Made by a program: the position numbers and the translations under genes. Shown here piece by piece: positions 30,343-39,260 of a DNA stretch of 64,000 nucleotides. The DNA is from Vicinamibacterales bacterium (GTDB lineage Bacteria; Acidobacteriota; Vicinamibacteria; Vicinamibacterales; JAMQPK01): the NCBI GenBank assembly GCA_963744405.1, contig CAVUTO010000008.1, positions 25,163 through 89,162 on the forward strand, read 5' to 3'. How positions within the stretch are numbered: position 1 is the first letter of the stretch; each line of letters starts with the position of its first letter. The notes under the pieces are model-generated. The model was given only the letters and a program-made list of their open reading frames with translations, had not been told where the DNA came from and did no database searches.

Positions 30343-31257
30343 ATGCTCCACAGCCTGGCTCTGGCTTCAGCGGTTTTCTACGGCGCGGCCGATTTTCTCG
30401 GAGGCCTGGCCTCGCGCCGCGCGAGTGCGATCACCATCGTTGTCGTTTCACAGCTCGCCGGGCTCCTCGTGCTCGTCGTGATGCTGCCCTTCTTGCCGGC
30501 GTCGTCCCCGACGGGCGACGATTGGCGATGGGGCGCAGCAGCAGGTGTCACCGGCGGAATTGGCGTGGCGCTCCTCTATCATGCGCTCGCCATCGGCTCG
30601 ATGGCTGTCGTCGCGCCGATCACGGCGGTCTGCGCTGTTACCGTGCCTGTCGGCGCGGCGTTCGCGCTTGGAGAGCGGCCGGGCACCGGCGCAACAGTCG
30701 GGATCGCGCTTGCCATCGTGGCCATCGTGCTCGTCAGCCGGCAGAGCAGATCAGCCTCACCGCAACGACGCGACGACGCGGCGAATTCTTTTCTTCGGAA
30801 GGGAACCGTTGCGTCGTGGCGTCGTGGCGGTGAAATCGCTGCTGACTCACGCAGCGCCGCTACTGCATTGGCCTCGGGCGTGGCGATCGGGCTGTTCTTT
30901 CTCACGCTCGCCCAAAGCGGAGCGAATGCCGGGATGTGGCCGCTCGTTGCGGCGAGAGGCGTATCGTTCGTCATGTTTGCCACGCTTGCTCTCCTGACGC
31001 GACGCTCGCTGCGCATGCCTGCAGATGTGGCCGCAATCGCAGTGACGGGCGGGGTTCTCGACATGCTCGCCAACCTCCTGTATCTGATCGCAACGCGACA
31101 TGGCCAGCTCAGTCTCGTGGTGACGCTGGCGTCCCTGTACCCGGCGAGCACAGTCCTTCTGGCGCGCACGGTGCTTGGCGAGCGGCTCAGCGGCGGGCAG
31201 ACGGCGGGAATCGTGTGCGCGCTCGTCGCGGTAGTGCTGATCGTCGGCAGCCAATAG
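30343..31257 (+). CDS. EamA/DMT family transporter
   Basis: YGAADFLGGLASRR, GSMAVVAPIT, LASLYPASTVLLA...LGERL; about 10 TM helices. Confidence 0.88.
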   Translation: MLHSLALASAVFYGAADFLGGLASRRASAITIVVVSQLAGLLVLVVMLPFLPASSPTGDDWRWGAAAGVTGGIGVALLYHALAIGSMAVVAPITAVCAVTVPVGAAFALGERPGTGATVGIALAIVAIVLVSRQSRSASPQRRDDAANSFLRKGTVASWRRGGEIAADSRSAATALASGVAIGLFFLTLAQSGANAGMWPLVAARGVSFVMFATLALLTRRSLRMPADVAAIAVTGGVLDMLANLLYLIATRHGQLSLVVTLASLYPASTVLLARTVLGERLSGGQTAGIVCALVAVVLIVGSQ

Positions 31258-31381
31258 GCACCACGGTGCGCCGACTGGCCACCCGCGCCGATAAGATCGT
31301 CATGAAAGCAACAGCAGGATTTCTCGGCATCGTGCTCGCGCTTGGCGCTGCGTTTTACGTCTACAATGCACAGCTCACAGA

Positions 31382-32212
31382 TTGGCGAACACTGACGATC
31401 TCAATCCTCAGGCGAGAGAAATGGCGGACGAGTCGATGGTCCGCACGCTCGCCGCGCAAGCCGAGGCGATCTGGCCGCAGGAAAAACCGCTCTTCGAGCG
31501 CTATCACCTCCCCGCCGACGCCAGCGTTCTGGATGCCGGCTGCGGTACCGGCGAGATTACACACAGACTGGCGCAGATGTTCTCGCGGGCGCGCGTGCTT
31601 GGCGTCGACATCGTCGACAACCACCTCGTGATGGCCCGGACGAGATGCGCTGCGCTTGGCGAACGCGTGCACTTCGAGAACCGCAGCATCTTCGATCTCG
31701 GCCTTCCGAACGCTCAATACGACCTCGTCGTCTGCCGCCATGTGCTTCAGGCGATTCCCCACGCCGATCGCGCGATTACCGAGCTCGTGCGCGTCACGAA
31801 ACGCGGCGGATGGCTTCACCTGATCGCCGAGGACTATCTGATGATCAACTTCGAGCCGCGACGGCTCGACCCGGATGATTTCTGGCTGGAAGGTCCGCGG
31901 CGGTTTGGAAGCGCCACCGGCACCAACATGCGGATCGGCCGCAGCATGTACGCCATACTGCGGCGCCTCGGGCTGTCGAATATCAGCGTTGACTACGCCA
32001 TCGTCGATCCGCTGCGCGTGCCTCGCGAGACATTTGCCGCAATCTGGAAGGCGTGGCGCGACGGATATGCGGATGCGGTTTCAACGCATACGCCGATCAC
32101 ACGTGAGATGTTCCTGGCGCACTTCGAGGACATGATCGCGACCATCGAGGACCCCGACGGCTACGGCGTGTGGCACGTACCTGTCATCGCGGCTCAGGTC
32201 GGCTCATCCTAG
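31382..32212 (+). CDS. Class I SAM-dependent methyltransferase
   Basis: VLDAGCGTGE, GVDI, YDLVVCRHVLQ, LVRVTKRGG. Confidence 0.88.
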   Translation: MANTDDLNPQAREMADESMVRTLAAQAEAIWPQEKPLFERYHLPADASVLDAGCGTGEITHRLAQMFSRARVLGVDIVDNHLVMARTRCAALGERVHFENRSIFDLGLPNAQYDLVVCRHVLQAIPHADRAITELVRVTKRGGWLHLIAEDYLMINFEPRRLDPDDFWLEGPRRFGSATGTNMRIGRSMYAILRRLGLSNISVDYAIVDPLRVPRETFAAIWKAWRDGYADAVSTHTPITREMFLAHFEDMIATIEDPDGYGVWHVPVIAAQVGSS

Positions 32213-35200
32213 AACCCGACGCGCACACCGAGCTGGAGCCGGCGCTCTCCTCCACCGGTGATGATCCTGCCGAAATTCGCGTCCGTCAGGCTGCTGACGG
32301 GCTCGCCAAACTGGGGTGAGTTGAGCGCGTTCTGCGCCTCGATCCGCAGCTCGATCGTCGACGTCCCCACCTTGTGCAGTCGGCTCAGAAGGAGATCCAG
32401 CCGATTGACTTTGGGTCCGCGCACCTGCGGATAGGTTCGCGTCCCCGTCCCAAACGTGAACGGCGTCGGCTGCGCGAAGGCAGCCGTGTTGAACCATCGA
32501 TCAAGTGTCTTTTCGTCCACTGTCGGATCCCCATTGAGGTTCGCGTGAGCGCCGAGGCCGGTGGACACGCCGTTGCTTGCCGTAACGCCGCCGATCACGA
32601 GCGGTCGCCCGCTTGCCCATGTGCCGACGGCGCTCAGCCTCCAGCCTCCGACGACATGCGACATCCACCCCTCACTTGCCCACCGATGACCCTGACCTAC
32701 GGGAAGTTCCCAGATGAGGTACGACGTCAGCACGTGCGAGCGATCGTCCTCGGCCACTGACCTCGACTTGTCCAAATCATTGGGATCAATTACCGAGCTT
32801 CCACGGCCGCCAAACCGTTCCGGGACGGTGTCCTCTTCGCGGCTGAAGGTGTACGACACCTGATACGTGACGCCGCGCGTGGATCGACGCTCCAGCCGCG
32901 ACGTAAACCCGTTGTACCAGGACTCGCCAATCGAATCGCGGAAGCGCGTGACGCCGACGTATTGCGGATAGGGTTTCAGCAGCTGTGACGCGCGTGTCGT
33001 CGACGCCGTCAGGAGCGAGTCGCCGGTCTGGATGGCTCCGAAGAATGGATTCGGCACCAGCGCGTCCAGCGCCGTCCCCTGCGAAAGGGCACTGGATGGC
33101 GCGGCGTTGCGGGAGATGTTGAGCCACAAATCATGGTGCCGCGTCGCGACGTACGCCACCTCCACGATCATCTGACCTGGCAGCTCCCGCTGAAGGCTGA
33201 GGTTCCACATGTGCGCCTTCGGTGTCTTGAGGTCGCGAAACGCCGTGGTCACCGTTGCGCCAACGGCGGTCGCCGGCGGTTCGAAGTATCCGGAATTGAA
33301 TGGGCTGCTGAGCGACGCGCCCGGCGGCGGGGTATTCGGCGCCGCGGGAGGTGCACCAGAGCCGACAAGATTCACCGGCGTCGCCGTGAGAAAGCCGCCG
33401 CCGCCGAGATCGCTCGGCGCCGATCCGATCCCGCCGCTTCCAGGGTAGTACACGACTCCGTACCCGCCGCGCAGCACCATCGCCTCTGCGAATTGCCACG
33501 CAAAGCCGAGCCTCGGCGCGATGTTGTTCCGATCGGGATCCGTCTGATACCGCGAGCCCCCGTCGCGCCCGACCAGCCGCACAATGCCCTTGCGGCCCGT
33601 CAATGGATCGGTTGCCTCCTCGTCAAAGAACGTCAGCTGATCGTCCTTCTCGACCCACGGCGATTGATAGTCGTAACGCAAGCCAAGCATCAGGGTCAGC
33701 CGGTTCGTCACCTTCCAGTCATCCTGCACGTAGGGCGCAAAATAACTCTGCGAAGCCAGGAAGTGCGGGTCGCCTGTGATCTGACCTCCAGTCGGCTGGC
33801 CGAGCAGAAACGTCGCAAATCCAAAACCGCCGTTCGTCGACGCGACTGCGGGATTGGGACCCTGGGTAAAGCCGTTGCCGAAGACGTACTGACCCGACGG
33901 GTACTCCGGCCGGAACACGTCGAAACCCATGCGTGCGAGCTGGAGGCCGCTCTTGATCGCGTGGGCGCCACGCAACCAGGTCACGTGTGCCTGCAGCTCT
34001 CGCGTACCTTCAAGGTCGTCGATGAGACCGGCGCGATTCATCCCCAGCGAATCGATGCCGCCACCGACATCGATTCTCGGGAACATGGCGATGGCAGAAT
34101 GCGCCTTCAATGCGGGGTCCGCCGCGCCGATGCCGAGGCTCTCGAAATCGAGCCCCAGCGTCGCGGGCGATGTCGTGAAACGGTTGCGTGTGTAGCCGAA
34201 ACGGACCTCGGCGACGACATTTGAGCGAAAAAGAATGGTGTCGCTCAGGACCGACGACAACCGATCGTTGGCGCGCGTCCCGGCCTCGCCGTTCGTTCCC
34301 GGATCCGGAAAGGCAACGCTGATCGTCGGGGACGAATCCTGGCTGTTGCTCTGGCGGTACGAGCCAAAGATCCGGTGGCGGCCCCTCGCGTAATCGACGC
34401 GCGCCACCACGGGCAGCGATGTGCTCGTGCGCGATCGCTCCCGCACGAAATTCTGCGTCGCGTTGTCGTTGGTCGGCGCCGGGTAGTGCTCCAGGATAGC
34501 CTTCGCAATCGAGTCGATGCGGTTGGCCGGAATCACGTTGCCGGGAAACGGATCGCGGATGAACGCCCCAGCCGGGTTGGACCGCGTCGTCAGCGGGTCG
34601 TATATCACGATGAGCTGTCCGTTGCTCGTGCGCGTCTGGGAGAAGTCTCCCGACCGCTGCAGCGTTGTGGGAACCGTGCGAATCACATTGTCGGGCGTGA
34701 GGCTGCTCGATCGCTCGACGTTCACGAAGAAGAACATGCGGTCCCTCATGACCGGCCCGCCCAGCGTGAACCCGTACTGATTGATGTGCTCTTTTCCCTT
34801 CGCGACGCCATTGCGCTTGTTCGTCCAGCTGTTCGCGTTGAACCGGTCGCGGCGCATATAGGCATAACCGCTGCCGTGCAGCGTGTTCGTGCCCGACCGT
34901 GTCGCGGACGTGATGATACCGCCACCGGTGCGGCCGAATTCGGCGGACAGCCCATTGGTCACGACCTTGAACTCCTGCACGCTCTCGAGGGGCGGCGAAT
35001 AATTCAAATCGTTCGTCGTGCTGTTGCGCTGCTCGGCGCCGTCAAGAAGCACTGCCGTCGAGTTCGAGCGCGCGCCGTTGATGATTGGACCCACGCCCGT
35101 GTTTCCGCGATCCACCACGCCAGGGGCGAGCGTCACGAGCGAATATGGATTGCGACCCACGATCGGCAGCTCGATCATCTGCTGCCCAGTGACAACGTTC

Positions 35201-35610
35201 CCGAGCGAGGGACTCTGCAACTCCAGGTGAGTGACGTGAGCGCTGACGGTGACCTCCGCCTGTACCGACCCGACTTTGAGCGTCAGATCGACCGTGGCCG
35301 TCAAGCCCACGCGGATGGTCACGTCGGTCACACGCGCGCCGGTGAATCCGGCAAGCGTCGCGCTGACGTCGTACGTGCCGACGGACAGGTACGGCACGGT
35401 ATATACGCCCGACCCGTTTGTCACCGTCTCGCGGACGATGCCGGTACCGGCCTGTGTGGCGACCACTACCGCGCCCGGGACGACCCCTCCCGCTTCGTCG
35501 ACCACCCTCCCAGTAATACCGCCTTGCTCGACCTGGGCATGAACGTGTCCTGCGGACACGATGACTGCGAGCACCGCCAGACCACAAAGGAACAGGCATT
35601 TTGTCATCAC
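32209..35610 (-). CDS. TonB-dependent receptor (carboxypeptidase regulatory-like domain)
   Basis: 1133 aa, signal peptide, LPIVGRNPYSL, YVQDDWKVT, C-terminal RRLQLGVRVGF. Confidence 0.92.
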   Translation of the reverse strand: MMTKCLFLCGLAVLAVIVSAGHVHAQVEQGGITGRVVDEAGGVVPGAVVVATQAGTGIVRETVTNGSGVYTVPYLSVGTYDVSATLAGFTGARVTDVTIRVGLTATVDLTLKVGSVQAEVTVSAHVTHLELQSPSLGNVVTGQQMIELPIVGRNPYSLVTLAPGVVDRGNTGVGPIINGARSNSTAVLLDGAEQRNSTTNDLNYSPPLESVQEFKVVTNGLSAEFGRTGGGIITSATRSGTNTLHGSGYAYMRRDRFNANSWTNKRNGVAKGKEHINQYGFTLGGPVMRDRMFFFVNVERSSSLTPDNVIRTVPTTLQRSGDFSQTRTSNGQLIVIYDPLTTRSNPAGAFIRDPFPGNVIPANRIDSIAKAILEHYPAPTNDNATQNFVRERSRTSTSLPVVARVDYARGRHRIFGSYRQSNSQDSSPTISVAFPDPGTNGEAGTRANDRLSSVLSDTILFRSNVVAEVRFGYTRNRFTTSPATLGLDFESLGIGAADPALKAHSAIAMFPRIDVGGGIDSLGMNRAGLIDDLEGTRELQAHVTWLRGAHAIKSGLQLARMGFDVFRPEYPSGQYVFGNGFTQGPNPAVASTNGGFGFATFLLGQPTGGQITGDPHFLASQSYFAPYVQDDWKVTNRLTLMLGLRYDYQSPWVEKDDQLTFFDEEATDPLTGRKGIVRLVGRDGGSRYQTDPDRNNIAPRLGFAWQFAEAMVLRGGYGVVYYPGSGGIGSAPSDLGGGGFLTATPVNLVGSGAPPAAPNTPPPGASLSSPFNSGYFEPPATAVGATVTTAFRDLKTPKAHMWNLSLQRELPGQMIVEVAYVATRHHDLWLNISRNAAPSSALSQGTALDALVPNPFFGAIQTGDSLLTASTTRASQLLKPYPQYVGVTRFRDSIGESWYNGFTSRLERRSTRGVTYQVSYTFSREEDTVPERFGGRGSSVIDPNDLDKSRSVAEDDRSHVLTSYLIWELPVGQGHRWASEGWMSHVVGGWRLSAVGTWASGRPLVIGGVTASNGVSTGLGAHANLNGDPTVDEKTLDRWFNTAAFAQPTPFTFGTGTRTYPQVRGPKVNRLDLLLSRLHKVGTSTIELRIEAQNALNSPQFGEPVSSLTDANFGRIITGGGERRLQLGVRVGF

Positions 35611-35739
35611 GACCTCCGGTCCTCAAAAATGGTCGCTGCTGGATTGCTGGTCGCTGAAGGTCGCAGTCTACCGCCACACCTGAGCCAATGCGAGCCTTAA
35701 AGAGATCGCCAGTGGAGCCGCCGTGCAGGTTGATCAGAT

Positions 35740-38178
35740 TTACTCCGTGCGCAGTGCGACGAGTGGATCGACTCTCGACGCTTTTTGTGCCGGGAAGTAA
35801 CAGGCCGCAAGCCCCACCATCCCCATCAACACCACGACGCCGGCGAGCGTGAGCGGATCGTGCGGAGACACGCCGCTCAGCTGAGCCGCGATCAATCGCG
35901 TCGCTCCAAAGCTCGCAAGCAGCCCGATCACCGCGCCGATCGCGATGAGTCGCAGCCCCATCAGCGAGACCATCTGCAGCACATCGCGACGGCCCGCTCC
36001 GAGCGCTATCCGTATGCCGATCTCGCGCGTCTGCCGCGCGACGGTGTACGCGATGACGCTGTAAACGCCGACGGCAACCAGAATGAGCCCGACGGACGCG
36101 AACACGCTGAGCAGCACGAGGCTGAACCTTGGCTCGGAGTGCGAGAACTGCCGGAGATAGCCGGTCAGCGTCCCCGTCAGCGTGATGGCCACGCCGCGGT
36201 CGACCGACCAGATTTCATGGCGCACGGCCGACAGAAGAGCCTCTGGATCGCCATGCGTTCTGACGAGAATGCCTCGCTCGAATGCGCCGGTGACCGTGTA
36301 TGGGATGAACGCTTCGGGACGGATCGGGTCGATGATGCCGGTGTTCTTCGCGTCGGCTATGACGCCGATGACCTCGAACGAAGGATTTTCGATCGCGTTT
36401 CCGTCGGGCAGCTTCTGCATACCCTTCAGGATGATCTGGCGGCCTATCGGATTTTCAGCCGGGAAATACTTGTTCGCGAACGTCTGGTTGATCACCGCGA
36501 CTTTGCGCGCGGTGCTCACTTCGATCGGCGACAGGGTGCGTCCGCGGAGGACCCGCAAGCCAAGTGTCCGGAAGTACCCGTCGCTGCAGAGCTGATAGAT
36601 CGCTTCCCACCGTTCGGTGTGGGTCTTGCCCGGAATGTCGATGTCGGTGCCAATTCCTCCGTAAGGTGGAAGCGATGTGGTCTCGGTCGCCGCGACAACG
36701 CCGGGCAGCGCGTGCAGGCGCGTGAGCAGCGCGTCGAAGAACTGCTGCTTCGCAGCCGCGGTTTTGTACTGCTCGCGCGGCAGAGGCAGCCGGGCCACGA
36801 GAACGTTGTTCGGATCGAAACCGAGATCGATCGTCTGCAGCTTGACGAAGTTGCGTATCAGCAGTCCCGCGCCCGCCAGCAGCACGAGCGACAGCGCGAC
36901 TTCGCAGATGACAAGCGTGCTTCGCAGCTTCCCTCGACGGAAACCGCCGACGATGCCACGCCCCGAGTCCTTCAGCGGATCCGCCATGTTCTTCTTCACC
37001 GTCTGGAGAGCCGGGACAAGGCCGAAGACGATGGCCGTGAAAACCGCAACGCCGAGGCTGAATGCGAGTACAGGCAGGTTCAGCCGGATGTCCGCTTCGC
37101 TGGGAAACAACCCTTGCGGCATCAGACCCTTCACGCCCACGATGCTCGCGTATGCCAGGGCGGACCCGAGCAACGCGCCACCCAGCGCCAGCATCAGGCT
37201 CTCGATGAGAAGTTGACGCACGAGCAGCCAGCGGCCGGCACCGAGAGACGTGCGTATCGCCATCTCCTTCTCGCGAGCGGCTGCGCGCGCGAGGAGCATG
37301 TTCGCGACGTTGGTGCACGCAATGAGCAACAGCACGCCCACCGCCGCGAACAGCGTGTACAGCGTCGTCCTGAATTGCAGCACGAGACCGTCGACCCAGC
37401 TCACGACGTGCACGGTGAACTTTGGCGGGTAATTGTCGGGATAGAGCTTGGCGATTCGGCGCGCGACGATATCCATTTCCGCAGTCGCCCGGTCGAACGT
37501 CACTCCCCTCTTCAATTTTGCCTGGAAGACGACGTAGCGGCGCTGTTGCGCCGGATCGGCGCGATCGAGCGCCATCGGCTTCCAGAGGTCGGCTGCCTGC
37601 TTCGTGAAACGCGGCGGCATCACACCGACGCACGTCGTCGGCACTCCGTTGAGGACGAATGTGCGGCCAACGACCCCGGGATCCATGCTGTGCTGCGCGA
37701 CCCACATCTTGTGCGACATCACGAACACCGGGGGCGCGCCTGGTACGGCGTCCGAGTCGACGATGCCGCGGCCCAGCTGCGGCGGCACGCCGAGGAACCG
37801 AAATGTATTTGGTGTAACGAGGCCGGCCGCAAACTGGAGCGTGCCGTCCTTGGTCGTTAGAAGCGCGTCTTCGAATCCGCCGCCTATGACGTCCTCGAAC
37901 ACCTGGCTCTGTTCCTGGTAGTCGAGGAACTCGGGCACTTGAAAGGCGGTGCGGCCGCCAGGCTGGCTGCGACTCGCATCGCGAATTTGGACATACGCGA
38001 TGCGCTCGACATCAGAGTACGGAGCCGGATCGAGCAGCACGTTCTGAATGACGCTGAAGATCGCAGCCGCGCTCCCGATGCCGAGTGCCAGCGTCAGGAT
38101 GGCGATGACCGTGAACCCGGGCCGCGCGACGAGCCCGCGGAAGCCGTATCGAACGTCCTGCCAGACGTTCTGCAGCAT
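35740..38178 (-). CDS. ADOP-type duplicated ABC permease (MacB/FtsX domains)
   Basis: WQDVRYGFRGL...TLALGIG, LLLIACTNVANMLLAR, REIGIRIALGA, RVDPLVALRTE. Confidence 0.92.
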   Translation of the reverse strand: MLQNVWQDVRYGFRGLVARPGFTVIAILTLALGIGSAAAIFSVIQNVLLDPAPYSDVERIAYVQIRDASRSQPGGRTAFQVPEFLDYQEQSQVFEDVIGGGFEDALLTTKDGTLQFAAGLVTPNTFRFLGVPPQLGRGIVDSDAVPGAPPVFVMSHKMWVAQHSMDPGVVGRTFVLNGVPTTCVGVMPPRFTKQAADLWKPMALDRADPAQQRRYVVFQAKLKRGVTFDRATAEMDIVARRIAKLYPDNYPPKFTVHVVSWVDGLVLQFRTTLYTLFAAVGVLLLIACTNVANMLLARAAAREKEMAIRTSLGAGRWLLVRQLLIESLMLALGGALLGSALAYASIVGVKGLMPQGLFPSEADIRLNLPVLAFSLGVAVFTAIVFGLVPALQTVKKNMADPLKDSGRGIVGGFRRGKLRSTLVICEVALSLVLLAGAGLLIRNFVKLQTIDLGFDPNNVLVARLPLPREQYKTAAAKQQFFDALLTRLHALPGVVAATETTSLPPYGGIGTDIDIPGKTHTERWEAIYQLCSDGYFRTLGLRVLRGRTLSPIEVSTARKVAVINQTFANKYFPAENPIGRQIILKGMQKLPDGNAIENPSFEVIGVIADAKNTGIIDPIRPEAFIPYTVTGAFERGILVRTHGDPEALLSAVRHEIWSVDRGVAITLTGTLTGYLRQFSHSEPRFSLVLLSVFASVGLILVAVGVYSVIAYTVARQTREIGIRIALGAGRRDVLQMVSLMGLRLIAIGAVIGLLASFGATRLIAAQLSGVSPHDPLTLAGVVVLMGMVGLAACYFPAQKASRVDPLVALRTE

Positions 38179-38272
38179 GGTGTCCTCTTAGACGACGGGA
38201 TTCCTCGTAGCGTTGGCTCCCTCACTTAAATACGGTTGGCGGCAGCGAAGGTTGCGTTATCGTTACGGCATC

Positions 38273-39247
38273 ATGCTTACAAGACGTCACGCGATCGTTA
38301 CCGGGCTGATGGCCGGGGCCTCCGGCATACTTCGTTACGACGGGGTCGTTCACGGCGTCGCGTCGCAGCCGCGCACGAAGGTGAGCTTCGACGTTCCGCC
38401 AGGTGCCACCGACTGCGCGGTTCACGTTTACGGCGATGTGAAGCGTCATCCGTATTGGGATGGCCGCACCTACACACCGGAGCCCGCAACGGTCGCGGAA
38501 CTCCGGCAGGTCATGCAGGCGCTTCGCTTCGATCGTGTCGTCATCGTGCAGGCGTCGACGTACGGCACGGACAACTCATGCGTCGTCGACAGTATCCGCG
38601 AGCTTGGCAGCGGCGCGCGCGGGGTCGCGGTGATCGACGACAAAACGACGGAGGCATCGCTCGACGACATGCACCGCGGTGGCGTGCGCGGCATCCGGCT
38701 GAGTCTCGGTAATCAGGGAGTCAGCGATCCCGCCGGTGCGAAACTGCGTTTGAAGACTGCCGCCGACCGGATGAAAAACAGGAAGGGCTGGAGCGTGCTC
38801 ATCTCCGGGAGCCCGGCTACGTGGGACGCGTTGCGTGTCGAGCTCGCGGCCGTCGGCGTGCCGATCGTCATCGATCATTTCGGCGAGCCGCGAGCCGCCG
38901 ATGGCGTGGGACAGCCCGGATTCACGGCAGTGCTCAATCTCGTCAAGTCAGGCAAGGCCTACGTCAAGCTTTCCAATGCCGACACACTCGCAAGGCAGCC
39001 CGACCTGTCGGACGTCACGCCGTATGCGAAGGCGCTGATCGCCGCGAACCCGCAGCGGGTGGTCTGGGGTACGGCGTGGCCGCATCCGAGCGCGGGCGCG
39101 GTGCCTGGCCGCAAATCGACAGACCTCGCCGTGCACCGTCAGGTCGATGACGGGCAGGTGATGAACATGCTGCCCATCTGGGCGCCGGACGCCGCAACGC
39201 GGAAGTTGATCCTCGTCGACAATCCGGCGCGACTGTACGGATTCTAA
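38273..39247 (+). CDS. Amidohydrolase_2 family protein (LigI-like lactonase) with Tat-like signal
   Basis: MLTRRHAI, DCAVHVYG, VQASTYGTDN, VIDHFG, YVKLS, VWGTAWPHP, ILVDNPARLYGF. Confidence 0.85.
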   Translation: MLTRRHAIVTGLMAGASGILRYDGVVHGVASQPRTKVSFDVPPGATDCAVHVYGDVKRHPYWDGRTYTPEPATVAELRQVMQALRFDRVVIVQASTYGTDNSCVVDSIRELGSGARGVAVIDDKTTEASLDDMHRGGVRGIRLSLGNQGVSDPAGAKLRLKTAADRMKNRKGWSVLISGSPATWDALRVELAAVGVPIVIDHFGEPRAADGVGQPGFTAVLNLVKSGKAYVKLSNADTLARQPDLSDVTPYAKALIAANPQRVVWGTAWPHPSAGAVPGRKSTDLAVHRQVDDGQVMNMLPIWAPDAATRKLILVDNPARLYGF

Positions 39248-39260
39248 AGGGGGGTTCAGC

